NCBI GenBank assembly: GCA_028534125.1
Contig: CM052816.1
Location: 31,870,001-31,934,000, forward strand
Direction: 5' to 3'
DNA from: Lama glama
Taxonomy: Eukaryota
DNA length: 64,000 nucleotides
Shown one piece after another: positions 40,878 through 53,061 of the stretch; position 1 is the first letter of the stretch, and every line of letters begins with the position of its first letter. Under the pieces are notes generated by a model that was not told the DNA's origin, made no database searches, and saw nothing but the letters and a program-made list of their open reading frames with translations. The translations under genes were made by a program, and so were the position numbers.

Positions 40878-41946
40878 CAACCTTAATAGCTGCTTACTGA
40901 AATTTAAGACACAATACTGAGTTTTAGATAGTTACGTTTATCAGTGCAAATGAAAAGGCAGTTTCCTTAAAGGGCACTTTATTGATTCAATATTCTCAGC
41001 TTTAGTGGAAAGAGTTATAAATGGTGAGCACTTTGGGTACTGTCTTGGCTTGAGTGTGGCTGAGAATACTGCCAAAGTCAAAAAGGACAAAAAAACAAAG
41101 AGAACAAGGAAGTGGAGGGGAAAAAAAGCACATTTTTTGAAGACTTAGGCACTTCAAGGCCTTTAGGGGGAGAAACATGGAAGGTTTATACTCTTAAGAG
41201 GTGAGTCCTGAGCACATGCCATGGCTCCTCATCATGTCTTTGTTTAGTGGTCTGTACACAAGGGATGCTGCAGAGCATCTGTCCAGCCACTTTCAACGAG
41301 TGGTCTCTGTATTTGATTTGGTTTTTTTTCTTCAGGTCTGAGGAATCCAAACACCAGTATTTCTATCGTGTCCCCTATACATCATCAATACTCCTTATAC
41401 ACACATTTATAGGGTTATCACTGGCTCTGGAAAGAACATAATGCACATAATCGTAAAGCATGTCTAAAGTCAACCAGGGAAGTGGGTAGGAGGGTTAGTC
41501 ACAATGAAGACTCTGTGCCTTCACCACAGCCCTCACCATTACCAAGATCCTTTCTGCCTCAGGGGAGGACAGGCTTTTAAGTCATGATTGTAACTGAAAT
41601 ATACAAACGTCTCAAAGCCAAAGAATCTAAAGTCCACAACCAGTATCGCTCTGGTCCCTCAGAAGCTAGAGACACATCTTTAAGGTATGCTATGAATGAA
41701 GAAGAGCTCCAGCTCCAAGTGTGCCTCCCAGTCAAGGCATCCTTTTGACTTTTCAAAAGACCTGTTTTCAGTCGAAGCTCTCCCGTAACCTTCGGGCATC
41801 AGGTTCTTCATCTGTAAATGAACTTCATGATTCCTTAAATTCCTTCCAACCCTAAAATGATCTTGAGAACATACTATTTAAATCACTGCACTTTTTCATT
41901 CATGTCAATAAAGCTTGTGATTGGCATTTGAAAACATCATGCAACA

Positions 41947-41960
41947 CCACCATCTAGTGG
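41947..41960 (-). promoter_or_regulatory. Candidate CTCF motif
   Basis: Minus strand CCACTAGATGGTGG is close to the CTCF core CCACYAGRKGGCRC and is not in a recognised repeat. Confidence 0.45.
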
Positions 41961-42042
41961 AAAAAAGAAAGTAACACTAGCAATGATATTTAATACAAAT
42001 GAAATGAGATTTCATGAGAATAGTTACTTAGAACATTCCAAG

Positions 42043-42210
42043 TAGTATTTCTTAACTTTTTCATAGATTGTAGGCCTCTTGGAAAACCTAAATTCCCCCC
42101 AAAATGCAAAAGTCACATATATTAGAATTCTGCATACAATTTCAGGGAACATACGGTCTTCTCCAGCCCTCTCCGATCATGCATGGGCCACAGTTTAAGA
42201 ACTTCTACTG
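42043..42210. mobile_element. Small hAT-Charlie element (MER103-like)
   Basis: ttcttaacttttt...tgcatacaatttcaggg...cagtttaagaacttctact. Confidence 0.5.
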
Positions 42211-43311
42211 TATACATTATTTCAAGCATTGGGAAATGAAGAATGATCCCATAATTATTAGGAATCAATAGATTTTATAACAGGTTTATGTCTCCCCTTT
42301 AAAAAAAATTCAACCATAAATCCAACTTCCTTGTTTGCAGGGACACTTCATTGTATTAGGGCTGGTGAGAAGCAGGGTCTCACCTTCCATAGCAGAAGAG
42401 TCCAGGTCTTTCTGCTTCCTACTGCTTGACAGGAAGGGTACCTGGTTTGCCAGTCATTTGCTCCCACCAATTTTGATTCTTGAGAGGCTGTGGCAAAGAC
42501 ACAGGGGAGACTGGAAAAATCACTGAAGAAGTGGGAATCCAGCACTGTCAGTGTGCAATGACTGCAAAGCCAGGGTAAGATCCTGGACTGATCTTTCCTT
42601 GGCTATAGTTCCATCTACTCACTTTCCTGCCCATTTCTATATCTGGTTCTTCAATCCCATCAGTTCTGTGAACTGTTTGACATCCTTCGAATGAATTCCT
42701 TTACTGCTTAAGTCAGAATGTGTTACTTACAATTAAGTTACACTGAAGTTTTTGATTGATACACACACCAAATTCTTGGGGATGACCAGAAAGGTAACTT
42801 TTATTCAGTGCAACGTATTTTATCATTTTCACTTACAGCAAAAGATCCAAAACTAATTAAAATTTCCAGAAGCCACCTCTCTAAAAATGATGAAGTACTG
42901 GCAGTGCATTGCAGTATAGTCCAGTCCGATAGGCACTTTTTCTCTCAACTGATCAGCCTATGTTTTGCTATTTATACAGTTCTCTAAGAAATCATTTCTT
43001 ATTTTGTTACTTTCCCTTCATTTCACACCAGAATTTGTTTAAAACAATCTCAAATACCTTTGGAACAAGACAGAATACTCTATATGTTTACATACTCACG
43101 TAACTGTTTCTGATAGGTAGCCAGGATGAATTAACAGTAGGTGAAACATATTCTTAGAAAAATTAATTGTAACTACAAAATCTTCTTTTAAAAAAAAATG
43201 CCACATGAAAAGGAAAGAAACACCAACAGGTCTCTGTGTGTGTTTTTTAAACTCAAACAGAATAGGCCCAGTTTTTAAAAAAGATTATTTCCCTATTTAA
43301 AAATAAAATTT

Positions 43312-43458
43312 TGTGTTCACTAAACTTATTGTGATAATCACTGCATGATGTAGATAAGTTAAATCATTATGCTGTACATCTTGAACTTATATAGTGCTGT
43401 ATGTCAATTATATATCAATAAAATTGGAGAAAAAAATAAAAATAAATTTAAAAAATTT
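43312..43458 (+). mobile_element. L1 3' tail with A-rich end
   Basis: aaatcattatgctgtacatcttgaacttatatagtgctgtatgtcaattatatatcaataaaattggagaaaaaaataaa. Confidence 0.8.
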
Positions 43459-43779
43459 ACCCAGGTATAGCTAAGACTGTTTCTATACCCAAATTATGTT
43501 GTTTAACGAACTATATGCTCCACTTATAGCTAAATATACCTTAAAATATGTGGTAAAATTGTTGACCCACTCTTGTTTAGTAATACCACTCCTGGGTATC
43601 TGTTCTAAAGAAATTATTTAAAATAAGAAAATGTTTGCAATCATACTATACACAATAGGGAAACAAATGAAATTATAAATTTTATTCTAAAAAGTGAAAT
43701 TCATTGACTATTATATAGCCATTACTATGAAAGAATCAGAAGTCTGCAATAACATGGGGAAAATAAACCTAAATGACTA

Positions 43780-44203
43780 CGGATACATGAATGGATAAAG
43801 AAAATGTGGTACATACATACAATGAAATATTACTTGGCCTTGAAAAAGGAAATCCTGACATACACAATACCACGAATGAACCTGGACAACATTATGCTAA
43901 GTAAAATAAGCCAGTAATAAAAGGACAAATACTGCATTATTCCACTTACATGACATATCTAAAATCGTCAAAATCATAGACAGAGAATACAATAATGGTG
44001 GCCAGGGAGTGGGGGAGTAGGAAATAGAGGGTTGCTGTTTGAAGGGTATACAGTTTCAGTTATGTAAGTTGAGTAAGTTTTAGAAATCTGCTGTACAACA
44101 ATATGCCTATAGTTAACATTATTGTACTGAGCACTTAAAAATTGGTTAAGAGGGCAGATCTCATGTTAAGTGCTCTTACAACAATAAAAATAAATAAATA
44201 AAT
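43780..44203 (+). mobile_element. L1 3' end (L1MA9/10-like)
   Basis: atgaatggataaagaaaatgtggtacatacatacaatgaaatatta...aagagggcagatctcatgttaagtgctcttacaacaataaaaataaataaata. Confidence 0.85.
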
Positions 44204-45520
44204 GTATTGAGATTTGTGTCATGGCCCACAAAGTGGTCTATCAAGATAAATGTTCTGTGTGCACTTGAAAAGAATGTATATTCTGCAGCTGTTGGTGGTA
44301 AGTTCCATAAATATTAGGTTAAGTTGGTTGACAGTGTTCTATAAGCCTATAATATATTTGCTCATTTTTTGCCTTCTTTTTCTATCAGTTATTGACAGAA
44401 AGGTTATTGAAATCTGACAATAATTGTGAACTTATTTTCCCTTTCAGTTCTATTAATTTTCACATAAGTATTTTGACGCTCTATTACTAGGTGTCTAAAC
44501 ATTTAGATTATACCCATTGACCAACTGATTTAGATTATATCAATTGATCCTTATTACTGACTGCCTTTATGCCTGGTTTTTATAGTCTTTGCAGTGAATT
44601 CTACTTTGCCTAATATTAATATAGTCATTCTAGCTTTTTAAAAAATTAATAGTAGTATGGTATAACTTCTTCCATTTTTTTAACCTATTTGTGTCATCAT
44701 ATTTAAAGTACATTTATTGTAGGCATCATGTAATTGAGTCTTGATTTTTTCATCCAGACAAGCTCTCCCATTAATTGGGATTTTTAGACATTAATATGAT
44801 TATTGATTTTGTTAGATTTGAGTCTATCATCTCGCTATTTGTTTTCTATTTATTTAGTTTCTATTTGGTATTTCCATTTGTTCTTTCTTCCTCCTTTCTG
44901 CTTTCTTTAGAATTTTCAAAAGTCTGGCTAGTGGGAATAGATACTGTTACTACCCCTTTATAAGCACTAGGCACCCTGATTCCCTGTAATCCTTTCAGAT
45001 GTTCCTTTTCCTGACCTCAGGTAGTTCCTGCACATGCATGCACACTGATCAGCGCTCTGAGTACTCCAGGGGCCTGTCCACAGATCTCTGGGGTTCTCCC
45101 TCAGGTAGTTTCTGCACATGTAAGCACACTGATCAGCACTCTGATGAGTACTCCAGGGAACTGTCGACAGATCTCTGGGGTTCTCTTGCTATGCAGTTCT
45201 ACTCTTTCTGCTATTCTGTTCTATGACGCTTTGGCTTCCTCACTCTAAATTCTGTCTCCTCAACTCATAAACTCTTAAGTTCTGCTTCAGTTCCCCAACT
45301 CTATGGCACAGTATAGAAACTCCCTGAGGCAGTAAGCTTGGGCAATTGTAGGATTCACCTTGTTTTCTATGTCTCAGAAATTACAGTCCTTCGCCTGATG
45401 TCCATTGTCTTAAAAACTGCAGTTTCATGTATTTCGTCTTTTTTTTTTTTAACATTTTTTCAGGAAAGAAAGTAAATTTGGTCCATGTTACTCCATTTCA
45501 TTTAGAAGTGCAAGTCCTCA
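44204..45520 (-). mobile_element. Old L1M fragments (5' end to ORF2 endonuclease region, internally deleted)
   Basis: gttctgtgtgcacttgaaaagaatgtatattctgcagctgttgg (reverse ORF2 endonuclease) and gttactccatttcatttagaagtgcaagtcctc (reverse L1M 5' start). Confidence 0.7.
45015..45185. repeat. Head-to-tail tandem duplication (84 bp + 87 bp)
   Basis: cctcaggtagtt.ctgcacatg...cagatctctggggttctc occurs at 45015-45098 and 45099-45185. Confidence 0.92.
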
Positions 45521-45529
45521 CTATCCAAT

Positions 45530-47320
45530 TTTTAAAAACTATTCTAAAAAACCAATAATCGAGACTTCAATATTGGTGAAGAGAAAGATATATAAATCAA
45601 GAGGACATAACAGAAAGTTTAGAAAGAGAGCCAAAGAAATATGGCAAACTGATTTTTAACAAAGGTGCAAAGACAATTCAATAAAAGTGTTTTCAAGAAT
45701 GGTATTGGAATCAATGGACATTCATATACATAAAAACAAACCTTAACCTAAATATCACAACTTGTACAAAAATTAACTCAAAATGGATCATAAATCTAAA
45801 TGTAACAAATGCAAATTAGATAACGTTTAGAAGAAAACAGGAGAAAACCTTCATGACTAAGGATTAGGCAAAAGAGTTCTTAGACATGACATCCGAATCA
45901 TGATCCATAAAAGAAAAAAAACTGATAAATTATGGTTCATCAAAATTTAAAACTATAAAGAATACTGTTAAGAGAATTGAAAGACAAGCTACAGATAGAC
46001 AAAAATATTTTTGCAAATCACATATCTGACAAAGAACTTGTATTTCAAATATAATGAAATCTCAAAACTCAACAGTAAGAAAACAAAGGATTTAATTTTA
46101 AAGTGGTCAAAACATTTGGACAGACACTTCACCAAAGAGGACATATGGGTGACTGCTATAGGCTGAATATCTGTGTGTCCCCAAAATTCTTATCTTGAAA
46201 TCTTAATGCCCAGTGTGGTGATGTCAAGAGACTTTCTGGGGCCTTTGGGAGTTGATTATGTGAGGGCTGAGCCCTCATGAATGGATTAGTGCCTTTATAA
46301 AAGAGGCTCTAAGAGAGCTTGCTCATTCCCTTCAACTCTGTGAGGACACAGCAGTAAGTCAGTAGCCTGCAGCCAGGAAGAGGGCTTGCACCGGAATCCA
46401 ACCATGCTGGCACCTTTATCTTGGACTTCCATTCTCCAGAATTGTGAGAAATAAATTTTGGTTGCTTATAAGCCACACACCACACAGTTTGTGGTATTTT
46501 GTTACAGCAGACTGAATAGACTAAGACAGCAAAGTATTAAGCACATGAAAAGATGGTCAACATCAGCAGCCATTACAGAGATACAACCTAAAACAATGAT
46601 CAGATACTATTACACATCTAATAGAAAGGTGAAAATAAAATACACTAGCAATATTAAGTGCTGTCAAGTATGTGGAGCAACTAGGAGCTCTCAGACATTG
46701 CTGGTAGGAAAGCAAAGCGGTACAGACTCTCTGGAAAACAGCAGTCTCTTACAAAATAAAATATACACTTACCATACGATCCAGCATTCCCAGTCCTAGG
46801 TTTTTACTCAAGAAACAGAAACGTATTTCCACACAAAATACTGTACCTAAAGTTGAGCTGTTCTACTTATAATCACACACAAAGAGAAAACAAGCTAAAT
46901 ATCCTTCGACAGATAAATGGTTAAAAACAAAATTGGCACATTCTATACAATGGAATCCCACTCGGCAATAAAAAAAAATGAACTTTTATATACATAACTT
47001 AGATCACTGTTAAAGGCATTATTATGAGTGAAAGAAACTAGATCCAAAAGGTTACATACTATATGATTTATTTATATGATATTCCCAAAAGGAGAAAACT
47101 AGAATGTCAGAGAACAGACCAATGGCTGGCAAGCTTTAGGGGTAGTAGGAAGATACAGTTACAAAGGGATAGTGTCAGGGAGTTTTGGAGGTGATGAAAC
47201 TGTATTCTGATTGTGGTGGAAGTTACATAAATCTGTGTATGTGTAAAAATTAACAGAGCTGTACACCTAAGAAAAAAAGTTGATTTTACTGTTTGTTAAT
47301 TCTAAAAGTTAAATCAATTT
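45530..47320 (+). mobile_element. L1MC/MD-like 3' portion, interrupted by MLT1A
   Basis: aactgatttttaacaaaggtgcaaagacaattca...tgcaaatcacatatctgacaaagaacttgta...ggtgatgaaactg...tgattgtggtgg. Confidence 0.85.
46154..46528 (+). mobile_element. MaLR solo LTR (MLT1A-like)
   Basis: tgctataggctgaatat...gagccctcatgaatggattagtgcctttataaaagagg...gtggtattttgttacagcagactgaatagactaagaCA. Confidence 0.85.
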
Positions 47321-47379
47321 TAAGGAAAACTTCACAGTAAACCTAACACTAAATGATGGCACAAGTAGTTGGCTAAACA

Positions 47380-48030
47380 GATATTAGGAGAAGAAATTCC
47401 AGGCAGAACACAAGCTAAATCTAGCCTCTGATACTGGAAGGCACCTGGTACATTCAAGGAATAGTGAGGAGGTCAATGTGGCTAAAATGGAATGAGCAGA
47501 GGGGGAGAGTAGAGAAGGTCAGAGATATAACGGAGGACCAGACAACAGAAGGTGATTATGCCATTAAAAGGACTTCAGCTTTTGAGTGAAATGGGGAGCA
47601 TGACAGGGTTTTGAGCAACAGAATAATATGAACTGATCTAATGTTTTTAAAGGATCACTGATTTCTGTGTTGAAAATAGATTGGTGACACAGAGAAGAGG
47701 TAGAAAAGGGAAGACATCGTGGGAAGTCATTCCAATAACCCAGGTGAGAATGATGATGGTTCAGTCCAGAGTAGTTGTGACAGATGTGATGAGAAACAGT
47801 CGGAGTCTAGATATACTTTGAAGGCAAACCTAAGAAATTTTTCTGATGGATTGAACTGAGAGTAATAAAGAAGTCAAGTTTCCTGGCCTAAACAACCAAA
47901 AGAATGTAACTGGCATCAATTGAAAACAGGACAGCTTTAAGTGGAACAGACTGAGGGGAAATAATAGCAGTTTAATTTGAATATGCAGAATGTGAGATTT
48001 TATTTGACAGCCAAGTAGAAATACACATTT
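47380..48030 (-). mobile_element. L2 fragment
   Basis: caaggaatagtgaggaggtcaatgtggct...gggttttgagcaacag...tttttaaaggatcact...ccaggtgagaatgatgatgg. Confidence 0.75.
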
Positions 48031-48715
48031 GGCTAGAAAGGCCATGATGCATCCAGTGGCCCTGACCACACTGACTGCACAGTGTGGTCCTCTAGATAGA
48101 GAGGAATCATGGAGAATTTTGGGGCACACTGAGGATATGTGCTATGGGAAGCTCAATTGGACTTAGCAGTGTAGTCTCTTGTCAATTATGTGTTTAGTTG
48201 CACTACTTCTGACCTGGTGTTGATTCAGGGATAAAGCTCATTTGACTTGGTCCTCAGACTTTCTCTGTTTCAGGATATAAGATTTTAAATGAAGAATGAG
48301 TCTCTGAGGACAAATTCTTAAATGAGTATGTCTTTTCTTGAAGTACTCATGGAAGATTATTTTTTCCTCATTGTCTATCTTTGCTGTAACTGGCAGAGTG
48401 AGGCTGAGTTGTTCAGTGGATACAATGGCACATTACTACAATGCAGCGTGCCCTGAATGAGAACAGAAGGTGGACAGCTACATATTCTATTAATGTTCAA
48501 AAGATATTCTATTAAAAACATGTCTTGGGATTTTTCCCATCCCCCTATTGTAATAAGGCAAAATTTTCTGAGGAGGTGGTACTGATATGAGGCCATCACC
48601 TTCTACAACAATTTAGTATTCTTCTAAGTATTTGAAATTCATTAATATCTCAGAGGATTCTGTTGATCACTGTTAACTTAGTCCTGCTATACAGTATCAG
48701 AAATAACAAAATCTA

Positions 48716-50613
48716 AGTAATTTAACAGAATTTCATTTAATAAGTATATTTAAAGTTCATCTCTTCCAAAAAACAGCATTTTAATTACATTCAAATTATG
48801 TTTATCTTAAATATCAACAAAGTCATCATTTACATACAGGGATAGACATTAGAAAACAGATGGAAATTAAAACAAGTTTTACTTTTTAGAAGTCCTTACT
48901 TCCAAATTAGAATACTGTGAACCGCTAAATATACATCTAAACAAAATGTACACATTATTAGAAAACCACAAGTTGCTCTAAGAGGAAAAAAACTGTAATG
49001 CACATTGAGTGGAACATAATTCACATAGGGCCAATTTAGAGGTATGTCTTAAAGTATAAAACAAACAAAAACTCAGTAACTACAAATACAGGCAAAAGTC
49101 ACAGCCGACATTTTAAACCAATGCACCAACATAAAATGCTTTCCCAGAGAAAGTAGAAGTGTTCTGAAGATTTTATGTTGATCCATGATTTTTCACTTCT
49201 TTGTTCTCAAATAAAGAAGCAGAGGACTTAAGAGTTTTCCTTTTGCCTTTAAATTAGATTCATGTTGGTTTTTTGTTATATGGCAATGACCCAAATGTAT
49301 TATGAGAAGTGCTATCAAACCCATTCTACTGAAAACTTAGTAACCAAGATATTTCTTTCATTTCTCCCTGTACCTCCATTTCCCTTCAGAAAGCCACTAA
49401 GAAAACTTTATAGACAATTGTGGTGAACAGATCAAACCAAATTATTCTAAGATGGTAAAGAAATATGAGAGTTGGCACTAACATGGGTTTACATAAAATT
49501 ACTCCCATTAAACCACAAATGCAAAAACAGAGAAATTCTATCTGAAAACATAAGTAGGATAAAAAGTACTGGAAAACAAATAGAAGGCATTTAGAATTGT
49601 GGTGCTTACGGGCTTATTTTGGAACATGTACAGCAACCAAGATACCACTAACTGTTAAGAATATTCTTTTCCAACTTGTATAACTTGCTTAAATTTTTAA
49701 CTTGTCTAAATTAAGTTTCTTTAGCCAAAACAAAGAGGTCATAATTACTGTGGTTTTACAAAGCTGTGTGAAGACTGTAATGTTGGAGAAAGGAAAGTTT
49801 GGTACACATCAGATTAAAAGAGGCAGTACCAGCTATAAAACTAAGCATTTAATCTTATCTGATCAGTCAGGGAAGAATTCTGCTTTTCTTCAGTTTTTAC
49901 TGCATTTCATAATTGCAGAAAAAGAACATCCTTTCTTCTTTTTTTCTTAATGTATCTCAGGCTAAAAATGGCAGAGTGAATAGTCCTTAATCAGCACACA
50001 CTTTTTTAAAGGGACATTTTTAGAATTTGGTCATTTGCTTTGCTTTGCATGTTTTTAATGGTAAATCTTAAGAGTTGACTCTTCTAAAAATAGTACTCAG
50101 AAGTACAGATATAGTTAGGCTTTTCTTAAAAGTAAACAATTTACTTTGAATTAAAAAAAATCAGTAAGAGTTATAAGTCAGTGTTTTAAACATGAAATGT
50201 TTAACTTTAAGTATGTTTAACTTCTATTTTGTCAAATAATGAAACTACTACTATTTTATTCAATTATAAACATACAATTAACAAATATATAATCATTCCC
50301 TATGATCACTATAAAAATTAAATTATCCTTTTCTCTTTTATATGAAAATGGTGGTTCTAAACAAACACCTTTCAACCAGAAAAGCCCATTCATAACACAC
50401 AATCCCATCTCAGTTTTTGGAAGTCAGGGCATTCAGTGGTTATAAACAGGCATGATATTCTTCTGAAGCTAAGAGTTCTGGAAGAGTTTAAAAAAAAAAG
50501 AAGAAGAAGAAGGAAAAGAAGAAGAAAAAAAGAAAGAGACATTATCTGAAAAATATCCTTAATGACCACAAATACTGCCAATACTCAAAGTCAAGTATGG
50601 TATAACCTGAGTC
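48716..50613 (-). other. YTHDC2: YTHDC2 3'UTR (approximate 3' end; may contain a 129-nt intron at 50478-50606)
   Basis: U-rich (minus strand) stretch without recognisable interspersed repeats downstream of the stop codon. It ends at ATTAAA signals followed by a U/GU-rich downstream element. Confidence 0.65.
48736..48741 (-). terminator. Candidate distal polyadenylation signal ATTAAA of YTHDC2
   Basis: Plus-strand tttaat is ATTAAA on minus, and the downstream minus-strand sequence TTACTTAGATTTTGTTATTTCTG is U/GU-rich. A second ATTAAA lies at 48780-48785. Confidence 0.5.
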
Positions 50614-50694
50614 TCAATCAGTTGTGGTTTTTTCTCCTAGTGGAAGGCGTTCCCATAACTGGAGCAACTGTTCACCAACCTGAGGTTCTAGTTC
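50614..50694 (-). CDS. YTHDC2: YTHDC2 last coding segment with stop codon
   Basis: acctag|GAA CTA GAA CCT CAG...ACA ACT GAT TGA, encoding ELEPQVGEQLLQLWERLPLGEKTTTD*, which matches the YTHDC2 C-terminus. TGA at 50614-50616. Confidence 0.96.
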   Translation of the reverse strand, partial: ELEPQVGEQLLQLWERLPLGEKTTTD

Positions 50695-51923
50695 CTAGGT
50701 AAACCAAAAGTCAGAATAAACATAAAAAGAACTAGATTGAATTTTTTTATCACCAAATCTCATAATGATAAAAATGTAAGAAAATCACTTTAAACTTTAT
50801 GTTTCTACTAGAACATGCTAAAATCATATGGTATGCATTGCTCTAATTCTTTTCATCAAGATACAGAGTTGACTTCCAGACTTCAGGAGTATTATTAACC
50901 TGTAAATATTGTAACTATTTGTGATAAAATGGTGAAAAATTTCTACGGAGTTCTTTCAGAATTTTTTTCTATAGAAATAATGAATTTTGTTTTTCATGAA
51001 GATTTAGCAAAAGCATTCAGCTTGAATTTCCAAAGGTATTTATTGTGAAACCCAGCATATTAGATGTTTGGGGCTTTTTCTTAAGAAACTATCTTAAATG
51101 ACTGCATATTCTCAGGAATTAGATTTATTTCAAAATCATTATTATAGAATAAAAATGAAAATACTATGACATAATTGAAAAGAATGTCATTTATGTTCCT
51201 CTTGTGACATGATGTGCACTTAAAAAGAAATTTAACACTTTTCATATGGTGATCTGAACTGAGTCACACTGGTTCAAATAAATTATTAGATATGACCTTA
51301 GGCAAGACTAATTTCTCTGAATCAATTTTCTCCTACAAAAAATTGGGCTAATAACTCATACTAGGCCCAAGAATTGAATTACCTCATATAAAGCAGCTAG
51401 CGCAGTAGTCAAAAAATATGTTAATTTCCATCATCTTAACTAGTTTAAAATGCTTATCAGTACCATCATCAAGGCAAAGTAAAGCATAATATAAATAAAA
51501 CAAGCCACAAAAATATAAAAAGGTTGTTATATATGTTATATCATTAGTTAAAGCCATCAAGAACTTAGATATTGTTGTTATCCTTAGACTTTAGTGAAAT
51601 TATTTGAGAATAACACTAGGTTTTAATCCTATCTTTAGTCAGTAAGACAACAGAAAACTCCATAAAGTAACTTATGAAAGATTTTTTTTATATGCAATGA
51701 CAGAGAATTCAAATTTACAAAGTGTTGAAAAAATACAATGAGCTCTGTCACACACATCTGCAAGTAGGTCTGTAACTTGCTCTTTTACAAATCTGACCAT
51801 TTATCTCCCCATGGGCGCACAGAATATACATTTGTGTTCTTGCATTTGCTCCTCAAACAAATCACTGAGTAACAGCCAAACAAAACAAAAAGTGGAAGAA
51901 AAATATTAAATGTCATTGTATAC

Positions 51924-52106
51924 CTGCCCATCTCTGCTTATCTGGACTTTTTTGTTGTCATTCCAAGGATTGAGTAAATGGTGTGCAAACTGAAAGGGAA
52001 GATTTTCTTTTCGTATCCACTCCACCTTAAACACTCCTCCTAGTCCAGCTGAGCCCCAGTCCTGACTCTTCTCCCTTCCTATCTCAGACGACATTCTAGA
52101 AAATCC
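51924..52106 (-). CDS. YTHDC2: YTHDC2 coding exon, C-terminal half of YTH domain
   Basis: ccacag|GGA TTT TCT AGA ATG...GGG CAG|gtatac, encoding GFSRMSSEIGREKSQDWGSAGLGGVFKVEWIRKENLPFQFAHHLLNPWNDNKKVQISRDGQ. 183 bp. Confidence 0.97.
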
Positions 52107-52857
52107 CTGTGGGTAAAATGAGGAGGAAAGGGTAAAGGATGATATTAAAATGTCTGAATTCAATTTACCTGAGAAAAGTTCTGAGTTGTTCACTTTTTTA
52201 GGGTAAAAATGTAATATAAAGATAACAGCTAACAAAAATTTAAAAACTAGTCTTTTAAGTGTTTTTCATAAAAAGATGAACTAGCAAATTTTGGAGGAAA
52301 GACCAATTCCAGCCTTTTAATGTAATTTCAAATACAAATATATTTTCTAAATAACGTATCACAGTTCTAAACCCACATTTATTCCACTATAAATGGATAC
52401 AATCTAACTTCTAGGTTTTTAGTTTCAAAAATTATAATAATATTGAATAATAAGTTATTTGGTAAATTCAGATATACATCAAGTCAAGATGAGTTAAGAA
52501 ACACACTCAGTTTCTTGATTGTCAATTCTAATCTCTTTGGCTTATTTAAATACATATTTTATCAAAAAGCCACACTTCTCATTACTTTAAAGCAACCTGA
52601 GAAATAGTCAATCTAAAGTTGTCTTCAGAAGGTAAAACTGTTTATCTGGAGAGGCTCTAGTAAAACAAGGCAAAAACAAAGGGATGCCTATATTTCATTC
52701 CTTTGAAGAGGTACAATATATTCCTCATCCTCAGTCAAGCAAAATGCATTCTTGCATTCCTATGCAATAAAAAGCAAGCTTCTTTTTAATCTCCATCATC
52801 TAACTGATCTAATCTGCAGCCAGAACAATGCCATTTTACTGTTTCAGGATGGCTTAC

Positions 52858-53061
52858 CTGGAAATGTCCAGATCCTTGAACAGAAAATACCAAGTAAACC
52901 ATGCTGCTTTCCCAAAAAGCTCGATTTAGCTTCCGCTCATTACTAGGGGTTGTAGACCAGATACCCTTCTGCTGAGAAATTTCAAGGTTTCTCAAATTGC
53001 TACTCTTCATTATAAAGTATCGAATAGGCATGTTTGGTCTTGGTGAAGGAGACTTTGAGCC
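52858..53061 (-). CDS. YTHDC2: YTHDC2 coding exon, N-terminal half of YTH domain
   Basis: ttttttag|GGC TCA AAG...TTC CAG|gtaagc, encoding GSKSPSPRPNMPIRYFIMKSSNLRNLEISQQKGIWSTTPSNERKLNRAFWESSMVYLVFSVQGSGHFQ (typical YTH motifs RYFIMKS, GIWST, FSV..SGHFQ). 204 bp. Confidence 0.97.

Noticed and set aside
44204..47320. Twin-priming 5'-inverted L1 (minus fragment followed by plus fragment)
   Set aside because: The two halves are far apart on the L1 consensus (endonuclease region versus post-RT region), and I found no shared TSD. Independent or rearranged fragments are at least as likely.
44..48599. Remaining 60-117 aa ORFs in the intergenic part
   Set aside because: Most fall within identified repeats, many use non-ATG starts, and none shows recognisable non-transposon homology or exon structure.
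50546..50606. Alternative 61-nt 3'UTR intron using the first downstream TTTTTCAG
   Set aside because: It is shorter than typical minimal mammalian introns, and the stronger pyrimidine tract points to the AG at 50478-50479.
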